Below, piece by piece: positions 54,112 to 64,000 of a stretch of DNA of 64,000 nt. The stretch covers positions 17,790 through 81,789 of the forward strand of contig CAZDLW010000004.1 in NCBI GenBank assembly GCA_964505975.1, read 5' to 3'. Source of the DNA: an uncultured Bifidobacteriaceae bacterium. GTDB taxonomy: Bacteria; Acidobacteriota; Vicinamibacteria; Vicinamibacterales; UBA2999. Position numbers and translations under genes: made by a program. Numbering within the stretch: position 1 is the first letter of the stretch; each line of letters begins with the position of its first letter. The notes under the pieces are model-generated. The model did not search any database. It was not told the origin of the DNA and was given only the letters and a program-made list of their open reading frames with translations.

Positions 54112-56949
54112 ATGATCCCTGGTGACACGGTCGGCCGCTATCGCGTGGAAGCGCTGGTCGGCGCGGGCGGCATGGGGATGGTCTACAGGGCCGAGGATCT
54201 CACCCTCGGCCGCAAGGTGGCCCTCAAGTTCCTCCCACGCGAAGTGGCCACCGAACAGGGTGCAGTCCAGCGCTTCCGGCGGGAAGCGCGCGCCGCTTCG
54301 GCCCTCAACCACCCCCACATCTGCACCATCTACGAAATCGCCGACCACGACGGCCAGCCCTTCATCGCCATGGAGTGGCTCGAGGGCAACAGCCTGCGCG
54401 ATCGGCTCGCCGCGCAGCAGCCAACGATCGACGAGGTGCTCGGTCTGGCGCTGGAAATCGCGGACGCCCTCGACGCAGCACATGGGGCGGGCGTCGTACA
54501 CCGCGACATCAAGCCGGCCAACATCTTCGTGACCGCTCGCGGGCACGTCAAGCTGCTCGATTTCGGCCTTGCGCAGGTCGATCCGGCCGCGGGCGGCGCG
54601 CAGGCCTCGGTCGTGCCGACCCGGACCGCCGAGCCGCGCCTCACGAGCCCGGGCACGACGCTCGGCACGGTCGATTACATGTCGCCCGAACAGGTGCGGG
54701 GCGAGCGGCTCGATGCGCGCAGCGATCTGTTCTCGTTCGGGGTGGTGCTGTACGAGATGGTGACGGGGAAGCGACCGTTCACCGGCTCGACGTCCGCCGT
54801 CGTCTTCCACGAGATCTTGAGCGGGACGCCGACGCCGACCGCACGCCTCAGTCCCGACATACCGGCGGAGCTCGACCGGCTCATCGGCAAGGCACTCGAG
54901 AAGGACCGCGACGTGCGGTGTCAGAGCGCAGCCGAGATGCTCTCCGATCTCAAGCGCGCGAAGCGCGAGCGCGACTCGGGGCGCAAGGCCGCGGTTGCGG
55001 GCGCCAGCGACCTGGAGGATCACCATGTGCCTGCGTGGCCCGTGCCGGCGTCGCCCGAGGCCAGGCACCCTCCATCGCCCTCCCAGGCATCTCGGACACC
55101 TCAAACCGCCGCGCGCGACTCGGACGCGCAGCTCGCCGTCGCTCTGGCCAAGCGCCACCGTGGCGCCCTCACGCTCGCCGCAGCCGGCGTCGCCCTGGCG
55201 GTGGCCGCAGGTCTCTACGTCACGATGCGGGATGGCTCCGACTCCCCGCCACCAGCGGCGGCGTTTTCGCTGCAGGGCGCCCAAATTCTGCAGTTGACGA
55301 CCACCGGCAACGCGGCGCTGCCGGCGATCTCGCCCGACGGCCGGTACATCGCCTACGTCCAGCGCGACGACGGCGACGAGAGCCTGTGGATTCGCCAGAC
55401 GACGACGGCGAGCAACGTGCAGATCGTCGGGCCTCGACCGGGAGTGAGGCTGGTCGGCGCGACGGTCACGCCCGACGGCAGCTTCGTGGATTACGTGACC
55501 ATCGAGCCGCTGAGCCCCACGCCGACGCTGTGGCGCGTCCCGTTCCTGGGCGGCGCACCCAGACGACTCCTGGACGATGTCCACAGCCCTGTGGCGTGGT
55601 CGCCGGACGGCCGCTTTATGGCGTTCACGCGCATGAACCTTACTGACACCCGTTCCCACCTCGTCCTCGCCAACGCCGACGGGCAGGGCGAACGCGAGCT
55701 CGCGACGCTGGACGCTCCCGATCTGGGATTCTTCACTCTGCGAAACCCGGGAGGCGAGAATACCCGCCCCGCGTGGTCGCCCAGCGGCGGACTCATTACC
55801 GTGGCCGGCTGGGGCTTTCCTGGAGGCGTCTTGACCGGGTACGTGCTGTTCGTGACGGTGGCCGACGGGTCGGTGCGCGCCGTACCGCACACGCCGCCGG
55901 GGTCGAGCGGCGCCTGGCTCGATGGCTCCTCCCTGGTGTGGAGTCGTCCCCAGGGCCAATCGATGCCTTTCCAGCTCTGGCGACTCTCCTATCCAGACGG
56001 GCAGCTGTCGCGGCTGACAAACGACTTGAGCAGCTACGAGTCCGTCAGCATCACCGACGATCGCGGCAACCTCGCGCTGGTTCGGACGGAACATCACGTC
56101 GATATCTGGGTGGGAGACGGCGCGGCGGTCAGCGGCAGCGATGTCGTACCGGCCGCGGCGCGACCGATGGTGTCAACCCGTTCCAGCATCGGATGGGCGC
56201 AGGACCGGCTCTTGTACACCGCGCGGGGCGGAGGCACCGGCTGGCTCGCGGTGGCGGCGTATTGGCCGGATCGTGGGACCACGCAGGAGATCATCGCGAA
56301 TGCCGATGGCCCGGCGGCGACATCGGACGGCCGCACAATCGTGTATCTCTCACGGGAGCAGGACACGCTGAACACGCTCTGGAAAGCGGATGCGGACGGC
56401 CGGCGCGCCACCCAGCTCGTCGCCGGCGACGCTACCTGGCCCATCGTCACGCGCGACAACCACTCGGTGATCTTCGCGACCGGAACCAGAACGGGAGGCC
56501 TGCGCACTTTGTGGGTGGTCCCGATTGGCGGGGGCGCCCCGACTCAGCTGACAGAGGTTGAAGCGTCAGCACCCGACGTGTCGCCGGACGGGAGATCGCT
56601 GGCGTTTGTCTCGCCGGACGACCAGAATCGGCCCACGATTATCGTCTGCGATCTGCCTGCCTGTGGCTCGCACCGGCGTCTGGCGCCGCCAGGATTGATT
56701 GCCGGGGAACTGGGAGGGGCCGCGATGCGGTGGGCGCCTGACGGCCGCGGCATCGCGTATGTCAACGCCGAGCCACAGCCGAACATCTGGATCCAGCCGC
56801 TCGACGGATCCGAGCCGCGCCCATTCACGCGCTTCACCGACGGACGCCAGATTCCGGACTTCGCGTGGTCGGACGACGGCGCACGCCTCGCCATCGTGCG
56901 CGCCACTACGAGCACCGACATCGTGCTGTTCCGGGGCCTTCAGCCCTGA
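54112..56949 (+). CDS. Serine/threonine protein kinase with TM segment and TolB-like beta-propeller
   Basis: [13 protein letters not shown]...[35 protein letters not shown] segment [18 protein letters not shown]. Repeated P.iSPDGR.iAyv / WSPDG motifs. Confidence 0.9.
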   Translation: MIPGDTVGRYRVEALVGAGGMGMVYRAEDLTLGRKVALKFLPREVATEQGAVQRFRREARAASALNHPHICTIYEIADHDGQPFIAMEWLEGNSLRDRLAAQQPTIDEVLGLALEIADALDAAHGAGVVHRDIKPANIFVTARGHVKLLDFGLAQVDPAAGGAQASVVPTRTAEPRLTSPGTTLGTVDYMSPEQVRGERLDARSDLFSFGVVLYEMVTGKRPFTGSTSAVVFHEILSGTPTPTARLSPDIPAELDRLIGKALEKDRDVRCQSAAEMLSDLKRAKRERDSGRKAAVAGASDLEDHHVPAWPVPASPEARHPPSPSQASRTPQTAARDSDAQLAVALAKRHRGALTLAAAGVALAVAAGLYVTMRDGSDSPPPAAAFSLQGAQILQLTTTGNAALPAISPDGRYIAYVQRDDGDESLWIRQTTTASNVQIVGPRPGVRLVGATVTPDGSFVDYVTIEPLSPTPTLWRVPFLGGAPRRLLDDVHSPVAWSPDGRFMAFTRMNLTDTRSHLVLANADGQGERELATLDAPDLGFFTLRNPGGENTRPAWSPSGGLITVAGWGFPGGVLTGYVLFVTVADGSVRAVPHTPPGSSGAWLDGSSLVWSRPQGQSMPFQLWRLSYPDGQLSRLTNDLSSYESVSITDDRGNLALVRTEHHVDIWVGDGAAVSGSDVVPAAARPMVSTRSSIGWAQDRLLYTARGGGTGWLAVAAYWPDRGTTQEIIANADGPAATSDGRTIVYLSREQDTLNTLWKADADGRRATQLVAGDATWPIVTRDNHSVIFATGTRTGGLRTLWVVPIGGGAPTQLTEVEASAPDVSPDGRSLAFVSPDDQNRPTIIVCDLPACGSHRRLAPPGLIAGELGGAAMRWAPDGRGIAYVNAEPQPNIWIQPLDGSEPRPFTRFTDGRQIPDFAWSDDGARLAIVRATTSTDIVLFRGLQP

Positions 56950-57122
56950 CAGATCCGTAGCACGTCCGCACGCCCCACCAGGGAGCCATCGGGCTCAGTT
57001 CAACGTTCCGATGCTTCGTCGGTGAACTACTCCGTGCGTGTGTGTCGTTCGGCCACAACGAGCGTCTTGCAGCGGCTGCGATCACGCGCCGTGACCGCGG
57101 ACTCCAGTGCTGCCGCGCATCG

Positions 57123-57506
57123 TCAACGACGCCTGCTGCTCCAGCTCCAGCCGTCCGCAGGTCGCTCGATGGCTTTCAGATGGATGCGATGCTCGGATGG
57201 CGTGCGGCCCGGGCTGCCGGCAATAACCACGTAGTCGCCCGGGCGCAGCGTGTCCTGCCTGATGCCGTCGCGCTCGAGCCGCCGCGGATTGGACCACTCG
57301 GCCCCGAACGTCCGCACGTCGCCGCTCGCGTCCGGCGCCACCACGTACACCCACGCGTGTGGTGCGCGGTAGTCGAACCGGACGACCTCGCCGGTAATCG
57401 AGATCGTCTGATCCTCGAAGTAGTAGGCTGCGAACGAGTGGTGCCCGTACGACGGCGCGCTCATGGCGAGCACGCCGGCCAGGGCGGCGATCAGTTTAAG
57501 CGACAT
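57123..57506 (-). CDS. DUF6152-like secreted protein
   Basis: Signal peptide MSLKLIAALAGVLAMSAPSYG followed by HHSFAAYY. 127 aa. Family name is from memory. Confidence 0.6.
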   Translation of the reverse strand: MSLKLIAALAGVLAMSAPSYGHHSFAAYYFEDQTISITGEVVRFDYRAPHAWVYVVAPDASGDVRTFGAEWSNPRRLERDGIRQDTLRPGDYVVIAGSPGRTPSEHRIHLKAIERPADGWSWSSRRR

Positions 57507-57536
57507 GTCATTCCTCCTCGCTGCCGATCTGGCTGT

Positions 57537-58490
57537 TCAGGCACCCTCCGTCGGCGCGACGTAACTTCTCCGGGCACGCGCCGAGAGGCCCCGCCCGCTG
57601 ACGCGGATCTCGATCCGGTGCACCTTGCCGTCGCGCCTGGGCGGCGCGAACCCGATCAGGTACTGGCTGTGCAGCTCGTCGGCAACCTGCGCGAACGCGG
57701 CCCCGAGATCCTGCCCGACGCGGATCTCTGTGTAGCCCCCGCCGGTCTCCTGCGCGACGCGCGCGAGGCCGGGGTCCGGCAGGTCGGCCGTCAGCGCCGC
57801 CTGCAGTCCGCCTGGACCAATCCCGGGCATGGGCCGCGGGCCCCGGCTGCGCATGCCAATGGCGTACACCATCACATCGTCGCGCCGCGCGCGATCGATC
57901 ACTTCGACCTGACTGACGTACCGCTGTCGGAAGCCGATGGGGCCGCTGTCCTTGCCGTCGCTCAGCACGAGGACGACGCGGCGCTCGTCACCCTCGTCGC
58001 CGAACGCATCGATGGCCTCGTCCACCGCACGCCACAGCGGCGTGGGCGCGTCGGCGGCAATGGCTCTCGGCAGCGCCGCCCGCAGCTCCTGCGGATCACG
58101 CGTGAACGACGGGCTCAACGTGACCTCGTGACCGAACGTGCCGACGCGGGCGAGGTCATCGGGGTGAAGACGCGCGAAAAGGTGCTCGGCCGCAGCTCGC
58201 AGGAGCGGGAGGTTGCCCTGCATGCTGCCCGACACGTCCAGCATGACGACCAGCCGGATGGGCTGCGGGCTGTTGTCGAAGAGCGTGACCGGTTGGGGCC
58301 TCCCGTCGTCGCGTACTTCGAAATCGTTCTGGGTGAGCGTGGTGACGAGCCGGCCGTCCCGGTCCGTCACCGTGACGAAGACGCGGACGGCGTCGCCCGT
58401 GCCGCGGAAGACCGGCTGGTCCTGGGCCGCCGAGCCCACCATGACAAACAGGCAGGCTACGAGTATCCCGGAGATGAGAAAGCGAATCAT
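57537..58490 (-). CDS. VWA domain-containing protein
   Basis: ORF 57537..58541, start at MIRFLISGILVACLFVMVG (ATG 58490). MIDAS block VVMLDVSGSM. Preceded by the VRVFVTVTDRDGRLV...DFEVRDDGRPQ module. Confidence 0.8.
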   Translation of the reverse strand: MIRFLISGILVACLFVMVGSAAQDQPVFRGTGDAVRVFVTVTDRDGRLVTTLTQNDFEVRDDGRPQPVTLFDNSPQPIRLVVMLDVSGSMQGNLPLLRAAAEHLFARLHPDDLARVGTFGHEVTLSPSFTRDPQELRAALPRAIAADAPTPLWRAVDEAIDAFGDEGDERRVVLVLSDGKDSGPIGFRQRYVSQVEVIDRARRDDVMVYAIGMRSRGPRPMPGIGPGGLQAALTADLPDPGLARVAQETGGGYTEIRVGQDLGAAFAQVADELHSQYLIGFAPPRRDGKVHRIEIRVSGRGLSARARRSYVAPTEGA

Positions 58491-58694
58491 GTCGGCTCTC
58501 CATGTGGCAGGCCAGGCGCGGCACCTCCACTCATACCACACGTCGACCGCTCGACGCAGGTCCGCACGATTCGGCGGCCGTCGTCGGGAGCCCGCCGCAA
58601 CGCAACTGAGCTCCGGGACTAGGTCGTCAGCCTGAGCACTGTTTACACAACGTTTACACCCCCTGCGGGCCGTCCGGAGTCATGATCCCCGGTG

Positions 58695-58904
58695 ATGTAC
58701 GCACGGATGTTCCGCAAAGCCAACCACACGCGACGCTTCACGATCACCACCGCCGGCAGTTCGGGATGGGAGGTCCGCGACGAGCAGGACAATCGAATTG
58801 TCAGAGCAGTGCGATACACCGACTGGCACCGCGTGGAGCGGGCCAGAATGACGTTCACCCTGAAAGCACACGATCTCCGGGACTCGGGCTGGGACGAATC
58901 CTGA
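58695..58904 (+). CDS. Hypothetical small protein (weak call)
   Basis: 69 aa: MYARMFRKANHTRRFTITTAGSSGWEVRDEQDNRIVRAVRYTDWHRVERARMTFTLKAHDLRDSGWDES. Composition is globular-looking, but there is no convincing RBS. Confidence 0.35.
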   Translation: MYARMFRKANHTRRFTITTAGSSGWEVRDEQDNRIVRAVRYTDWHRVERARMTFTLKAHDLRDSGWDES

Positions 58905-59052
58905 GGCCCGAGCTCCCGGCAGGCGGCGCAAGATCGGCCATTGCTCGAACCCGGCCCCGCGGAATCCCGCGGCTGGCTCGCTCCGGGCGGAGGGGCCGGC
59001 TAAAAGCCCGCCCCCACGACTTGAGGTAGCCAGCGTTGTACGCGAGGGCCAC

Positions 59053-59078
59053 GGCACCGCGCTTCGCGCGGCGGGGAC
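59053..59078. repeat. REP-like hairpin, family A, copy 4
   Basis: GGCACCGCGCTTCGCGCGGCGGGGAC, intergenic between convergent genes. Confidence 0.6.
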
Positions 59079-59095
59079 CGACTCCTCCGTTCATG

Positions 59096-60067
59096 TCAGC
59101 GAGTACGAAAGTCACGTGTCGGACCGGATAGCGATCCAGGCACGCGGACTCGAAGTGCGCCAGGGTGTACACGCGCGCGAAGGCAGGATCCTCCTCCGTG
59201 GGGCTCACCATCGACGTGATACAGCATGTCCCTGGAGGCACGCAGTTCGATCTCACTGGCGGTGCTCATGGTGACGCCGGGGAGCCGCTCCAGACGCCCT
59301 GTGAACAGCGCTGGCGATTGGAGGACCGTCTTCCACGGAGGCCGGTACGCAACGGCCGTGAGGTCGAGCCGGCCGTCATCCACTCGAGCCCTGGGCGCAA
59401 TGAGCGCCCCGTTTCCGTACTGCCGTCCATTCGCGATCGCAATCAGGAGCGCACGGAGGCGCAGTGTGGCGCCGTTGGCCACGACCGTGATCTCGTCCGG
59501 CTCGAACGCTGCGAGCTCGCGAGCGGCAATCTGGAGATAACGGACAAACCCCCGGCGAACGAAGCCAGTCGCCGCGAACTGGTGGGCGACGCGCGCGTCG
59601 AAGCCGATGCCGGCGACATTGAAGAAGAGGCGTCCATCGAGCTGACCTGCATCCAGGATGCGCTCCTGACCACCGAAGGCCACGTCGAGGGCTGCAGCCG
59701 GATCGCGGGGAATGCCGAGCTCCCGGGCGAGTCCGTTGCCCGATCCGCCCGGCACGACGCCAAGCGCGGCATCGCGAAACGCGAGCGCCGACGCAACCTC
59801 GTTCACCGTGCCATCGCCACCCCAGGCGACAGCGAGCGAAGCACCGCGCGACAGGGCCGCTTCGGTCAGTTCACGCGCGTGGCCAGGCCGCCCGGTAATG
59901 ACGACGTCGGCCCGGATTCGCCGCGATTCGGCGCGTGCTGCAGCAAACCGCGCACGCCGGCGCGCAATCCTCGGCCGCCCGCCGGTCCCGGAGATGGGAT
60001 TGATCACAATGAGGATGGATCCAGGTTCAACAGCCACGTCAGGTGCCGACGGGCTGCACCAGTACAC
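59096..60067 (-). CDS. Diacylglycerol/lipid kinase family protein (YegS/BmrU type)
   Basis: ILIVINPISGTGG, AWGGDGTVNEV, VVPGGSGNGLAREL. Confidence 0.85.
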   Translation of the reverse strand: MYWCSPSAPDVAVEPGSILIVINPISGTGGRPRIARRRARFAAARAESRRIRADVVITGRPGHARELTEAALSRGASLAVAWGGDGTVNEVASALAFRDAALGVVPGGSGNGLARELGIPRDPAAALDVAFGGQERILDAGQLDGRLFFNVAGIGFDARVAHQFAATGFVRRGFVRYLQIAARELAAFEPDEITVVANGATLRLRALLIAIANGRQYGNGALIAPRARVDDGRLDLTAVAYRPPWKTVLQSPALFTGRLERLPGVTMSTASEIELRASRDMLYHVDGEPHGGGSCLRARVHPGALRVRVPGSLSGPTRDFRTR

Positions 60068-60086
60068 CCGTCATTCTCGCCAGCGG

Positions 60087-60590
60087 CTATCGCCCCAGCT
60101 GACGCAGGACGCGTGGCGGCATGAACCACACGAGCGTTCCCGCTCGCTTGGACGACAGACCCTCGACGTCGATGCGACAGGCGCCACCCTTGCGGAACGG
60201 CAGCGCGCGCCCGGCGCGGATCAAGTGTGCAGCCAGCTCTCCCAAGTCCGGTTCGTGGCCAACGAGCGCGACACGCCGTCCGCGCGCGCTCTTGGCGATG
60301 TGAGCCATGGTCGTATCGGGCGCGTGACCCGGCGCAAGGACATCGAGGACCTTGACAACGGGCGCCCGGTCCAGGCCGGCCGCTAGCAGGTCAGCGGTCT
60401 GTTTCGCACGCACCAGCGGGCTGGTCAGCACCTCGTCGAGCGAGAGGCCCAGCCATTGCAGGCCGCTGACCACACCCTTGAATCGGCTGATGCCGCGTTC
60501 GGTGAGTGGACGAAGGGCATCGTCGGGCCATTCCGGACCACGTTCCGCCGCAATTGCGTGGCGCACCAGATACAGTTCGGAAGGCGGCAT
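60087..60590 (-). CDS. sixA: Phosphohistidine phosphatase SixA
   Basis: ORF 60087..60638, start at ATG 60590. LYLVRHAIA (RHA catalytic motif), SPLVRAKQTA, LVGHEPDL. Confidence 0.8.
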   Translation of the reverse strand: MPPSELYLVRHAIAAERGPEWPDDALRPLTERGISRFKGVVSGLQWLGLSLDEVLTSPLVRAKQTADLLAAGLDRAPVVKVLDVLAPGHAPDTTMAHIAKSARGRRVALVGHEPDLGELAAHLIRAGRALPFRKGGACRIDVEGLSSKRAGTLVWFMPPRVLRQLGR

Positions 60591-60594
60591 GTCC

Positions 60595-61509
60595 TCAGGC
60601 CGCAGGCACTTGTGACCTGGCGGATCGACCGCGAGCACTGACAGCGTCGCACACGGCCAGGACCGCCTGCCGCGACGCGATATAACGGCCGTGCAGGTGA
60701 CGGCACTCCGTTTCCAGTGCGCGGACCAGCTGATCGACAGCCGCCGACGCGCGGAGGCCTGGAGCGGCGGCAGAACCTTGCAGCGCGCGAGCCCGCGCGA
60801 TGAGGACCTCGAAATCGTGCATGCGGCCGAGCAGGTCCTGCATCCGCTTCAGGGTCTGAATCCACGCCGCCGCTCCACGGGCGGACCGCGCGGCTGGCGA
60901 ACGGCGCGCGACGGAGGCGCCACTCAGCTCACGGGCAATTTCCAGCGTGTAGCGGAGCTTCTTGGCCGCAATCCGAACTTCGTGGAGACGGTCGGGCAGG
61001 TAGAGACCCGCCGCGTCATCGATAGCGGCGCGCAGGCGTTCGGCGCGCTTGGCCGCCCGGCGCTACGCGGACGCGTGCGGCCTTCGGCCCTGAAGAGCCT
61101 CGTCCTGCTTCCGGGCTGCGGCCACGGCTCTTTCCCGCATCTCGTCGAAATCGCAGCGTTCGATCCGGCGGAGCATCACGGAGTACATGCGCCGCCGCTC
61201 CTCCTGCAAGGCCTCTCGGAACCAGTCGATCCCGAGGTCGGTCGCTTTGCCGGCACGTTCGTGCTCGGCAAGCAGCTGCAGCGCAACGTCGAGCTCGCGA
61301 ACCGATCCCAGGGCTCTCGTCAGGTCGCGAACCCGGCGCTCGATCTTTCGGCTCTTCTTGCCCCTCTCGAGAAGCGGCAGCATCGCCCGCAGCCGCCTGG
61401 TCGCGACTCGCGCCTGATGAATGGATTTCACATCACCCGACCGCACGCCGGGCAGCGCGCGTGTCAATGCTCTCAACCGGTGGCGGACGAGGAACTGCGT
61501 GTCCGGCAT
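60595..61509 (-). pseudogene. CHAD domain protein interrupted by one in-frame TAG (61063-61065)
   Basis: MPDTQFLVRHRLRALTRAL...SIHQARVATRRLRAML...ALQGRRPHASA-TAG-RRAAKRAERLRAAIDDAAGLYLPDRLHEVRIAAKKLRYTLEIARE...MQDLLGRMHDFEVL. My translation shows the same frame on both sides of the TAG. Confidence 0.75.
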
Positions 61510-61511
61510 GA

Positions 61512-63317
61512 TCAGTCGGTGGCCTGGTAGCTTGGCGCCGCCGTGGGTGCGGGACGGCGCGTGCTCGCAATGATGGCGGCGACGGCCAGGCCGGCGATCA
61601 CGGCCACCAGCAGCGTGCCGAAATTGAAAAGGCCGCTTTCGGCATACCAGAGGATGGAGTACCCAAGTCCACCCACCAGCACCACGTAGTACACGAAAGG
61701 CACGAGTGTCATGCGGATGACCGCGCCCTCGCGTCCCATCAGGCCCGCAACGGCCGATGCCGCGACGACGTTGTGGACACACACGACGTTGCCTGCGGCG
61801 CCGCCGACGGCCTGCAAAGCCACGACCCATGTCGGATCCACGGCAATGCGCTGAGCGACACCGAACTGGAAGAGCACGAACATCATGTTGCTCACCGTGT
61901 TGCTGCCGGCCACGAAGGCACCCAGACCGCCGACGAGCGGAGCGAACAGGGGCCACGCCGAGCCCGCCAGCGCAGCGATGCTCTCCGCCAGCACGATGGG
62001 CATCCGCTCGTATCCCGCGGCACCGCCGCCGGTATTGATAAACACCTGCACCATCGGCACGGTGAAGACGAGCGCGACGGAGGCACCCAGCATCACTTTC
62101 GAGGAGCTCGACACTGCATGCCGGAACGCGGGCACCTCCATGCGATGCAGGAAGAAGGTCACGAGCGATACGACGATGAAGATGGTGCCTGGCAGATAGA
62201 GCGGTTGGATGCTGGCGGAGATGTTCGTGCCCAGGATGTTCGAGAACTCGAAGGTCCACGACTGCAGCCACTGCCCGACCGGGAGCTCGCGTACGCGCGT
62301 GAGCACGAGGAGAGCCCCGACCAGGATATACGGCGCCCATGCCAGGCTGAGCGACATCGGGCCATGCCGGTGACCGATGTCGCGCAGTTCCAGTGTGCCC
62401 GTCCACTCCGCTTCCCACGACGCCTTCGGGCCGAAGTCCCATGGACGTTCATCGCGCGGCATGAGGAACCCCCGCCTGGCCGCGGGGATCACAATCGCGA
62501 GTCCCACGAGCCCGCCGAACATCGACGGGAACTCGGGTCCAAGCACGTGCGCCAGCGTCAGGTACGGGATCGTCATCGCGAACGCGGCGAAGAGGGCAAA
62601 CTTCCAGACGCGCACACCTTCGAGGAAGGATCGGTTCGCACCGAAGAACCGGGTCATGAGGCCAACCACGAACAGCGGAATGAGCGTTCCGGCCGTTGCG
62701 TGGAGAATGGCCACCTTCCCGGCGATCATGTTGAGGAACAACGTCCAGTCGGCGTAGCCAATCTGGGCCGCGAACGCCCTCACGGATTCATCGGTGCCGA
62801 GTCCGGTGTTCACGCCGACGAGAATCGGTGTGCCCACGGCGCCGAAGGAGACCGGCGTGCTCTGGATGACCATGCCAGCGACCACGGCCGACATGGCCGG
62901 GAACCCCAGGCCCACCAGGAGCGGCACCGCCACTGCCGCCGGCGTGCCGAAGCCGGCGGCGCCTTCGATGAAGGACCCGAACAGCCAGGCGATGATAATC
63001 ACCTGGATGCGTCGATCCGCCGTGATGTTGGTGAAGCCCAGACGAATGGCCCTGAGGGCGCCGCTCTCCTGCAGCACGTTCAGCAGGAGAATGGCGCCGA
63101 AGATGATGTACACGAGCGCCGCAGCGGTCATGAGCCCGTTGACCGACGCCGCGACCACTTGGGCGGCTGGGACCTGCCACACCCACAGCGCAAGGACGAC
63201 GGCGACGACGTACGAGATGGGCATGGCCTTGCGGGCCGGCCATCGCAGGCCGACCAGGAAGAACGCCACGACAGCAATGGGCAGAGTCGACAGGATCGCC
63301 AGGGTTCCTAGTCCCAC
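61512..63317 (-). CDS. L-lactate permease (LctP family)
   Basis: 601 aa with a GTG start. The protein is polytopic, with blocks [44 protein letters not shown] and [31 protein letters not shown]. Confidence 0.85.
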   Translation of the reverse strand: MGLGTLAILSTLPIAVVAFFLVGLRWPARKAMPISYVVAVVLALWVWQVPAAQVVAASVNGLMTAAALVYIIFGAILLLNVLQESGALRAIRLGFTNITADRRIQVIIIAWLFGSFIEGAAGFGTPAAVAVPLLVGLGFPAMSAVVAGMVIQSTPVSFGAVGTPILVGVNTGLGTDESVRAFAAQIGYADWTLFLNMIAGKVAILHATAGTLIPLFVVGLMTRFFGANRSFLEGVRVWKFALFAAFAMTIPYLTLAHVLGPEFPSMFGGLVGLAIVIPAARRGFLMPRDERPWDFGPKASWEAEWTGTLELRDIGHRHGPMSLSLAWAPYILVGALLVLTRVRELPVGQWLQSWTFEFSNILGTNISASIQPLYLPGTIFIVVSLVTFFLHRMEVPAFRHAVSSSSKVMLGASVALVFTVPMVQVFINTGGGAAGYERMPIVLAESIAALAGSAWPLFAPLVGGLGAFVAGSNTVSNMMFVLFQFGVAQRIAVDPTWVVALQAVGGAAGNVVCVHNVVAASAVAGLMGREGAVIRMTLVPFVYYVVLVGGLGYSILWYAESGLFNFGTLLVAVIAGLAVAAIIASTRRPAPTAAPSYQATD

Positions 63318-63582
63318 AAACGCACGCCTCCCTTGCGCAACGAGTGTCGCACATCGTACCGTGGCTGCCGTGCGGCCACAAGAGTGCTCATGGCCGGTCC
63401 TGGAGACCTGGCGACCACGGCCGGGCGTCGGGCCTCGCGATCCGAAGACGCGGCAGGGAGCTCCGCACGGACAATCTCCTTATCCGAGACGACGATGGGC
63501 GTATGGAGATGCGGACGAATCCGTGCGTGTGACCGTGGCCCTCGATGACGGGGCGTGTCGCGGACGAACCTGATCAGACCTC

Positions 63583-64000
63583 ATGCGCATCGCAGCCATC
63601 GACATCGGCACGAACTCGCTTCACATGATTGTGGTTCGGGTCCGCCCGGATCTGTCCTTCGAGGTCATCGACCGCGAAAAGGCCATGGTCAGGCTGGGTG
63701 CGGGCGGTCTGGATGGACGGGCGCTGACCGCCGAGGCCGTCAGCGCCGCGTTGCAGGAGCTGTCGAAGTTCAAGCGCCTCGCCGACTCGCATCGCGTCGA
63801 CGTCGTCCTGGCGGCCGCCACGAGCGCGACCCGCGAAGCGCGCAACGGCGGGGAGTTCCTCGCACGAATTCAGCGCGAGACCGGCATTCGGCCGCGTGTC
63901 ATCATCGGCAACGAGGAAGCCCGGCTCATCCATCAGGCCGCCGTCTACGGCGTGGACGTCGGCGGAGCGCGGGCCGTCGTCATCGACATCGGCGGCGGCA
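63583..64000 (+). CDS. Ppx/GppA family phosphatase (5' part, runs off the window)
   Basis: Absent from the ORF track because there is no stop in the window. My translation from ATG 63583 gives MRIAAIDIGTNSLHMIVVRVRPDLSFEVIDREKAMVRLGAGG...AATSATREARNG...VVIDIGGG. Confidence 0.85.
   Translation, partial: MRIAAIDIGTNSLHMIVVRVRPDLSFEVIDREKAMVRLGAGGLDGRALTAEAVSAALQELSKFKRLADSHRVDVVLAAATSATREARNGGEFLARIQRETGIRPRVIIGNEEARLIHQAAVYGVDVGGARAVVIDIGGG

Noticed and set aside
32756-61065. Possible TAG recoding, because in-frame TAGs occur in the IS110, nuclease and CHAD genes.
   Set aside because: TAG is the terminator of clearly complete genes here: DASS at 9278-9280, NOX-like at 17541-17543, glgC at 23237-23239 and sixA at 60087-60089. 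The IS110 and nuclease genes also carry frameshifts, so decay is the simpler explanation.
860-63311. Many long ORFs antisense to or overlapping the called genes, e.g. 860..1816+, 1663..2679+, 7585..9108+, 7766..9130-, 15147..16745-, 19564..20736-, 21480..22457-, 28490..30091+, 42951..44063+, 47200..48750+, 53866..56097-, 57042..58622+, 61063..62442- (upstream part), 61773..63311+.
   Set aside because: Their translations are Arg/Pro/Gly/Ala-rich low-complexity strings without motifs. Each lies opposite a frame with clear family signatures, which is the typical stop-codon depletion of high-GC DNA.
1-64000. tRNA, rRNA, tmRNA and riboswitch candidates in the intergenic regions.
   Set aside because: No cloverleaf-compatible segment or recognisable conserved RNA motif was seen by eye. 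This is not a substitute for tRNAscan-SE or Infernal.

Overview
This is a 64-kb high-GC chromosomal segment, roughly two-thirds G+C by eye. Its gene content looks Acidobacteriota- or Gemmatimonadota-like: Ser/Thr kinases fused to TPR or TolB-type propellers, a DUF1592/DUF1552 pair, VWA and DUF6152 proteins, and an ECF sigma factor coupled to a kinase. That placement is inference only. All family names come from reading motifs by eye, and no searches were run. About 45 protein genes are credible. They include an ABC-2 exporter operon, a CBM9/DUF5916-like protein, a cysteine-dioxygenase-like cupin, a DASS transporter and MmgE/PrpD. An ECF sigma factor is translationally coupled to a membrane Ser/Thr kinase, followed by a small predicted beta-barrel protein. 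Also present are a PQQ dehydrogenase, a NOX-like ferric reductase and a trehalose/glycogen cluster (HAD-OtsB fusion, GH65, glgC). Further genes encode an MFS/spermidine-synthase fusion, two orphan response regulators, two ankyrin proteins and a TAT-exported MBL. A cluster of a double MoaF-like protein, a SnoaL-like protein, a carboxylesterase and a lipoprotein follows. Next comes an M43-type metallopeptidase with five 50-aa repeats. Last come two tandem kinases and a polyphosphate-type operon (lactate permease, CHAD, sixA, lipid kinase) divergent from ppx. No rRNA, tRNA or CRISPR array was seen. The most unusual stretch is about 31.3-35.6 kb, a visibly lower-GC decayed mobile island. It holds an intact GNAT gene, a broken IS110 transposase and a frameshifted nuclease with a FokI-like cleavage domain. 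The nuclease is bracketed by a 10-bp inverted repeat containing the integron core-site 7-mer GTTAGGC. The island also contains four related hairpins and an integron-integrase-like remnant. Other non-coding structure includes two REP-like families, two copies of a ~190-bp nested palindrome, a 327-bp tract of exact 150-bp periodicity inside the peptidase gene, and an in-frame TAG inside the CHAD gene. Several other genes are pseudogenised.
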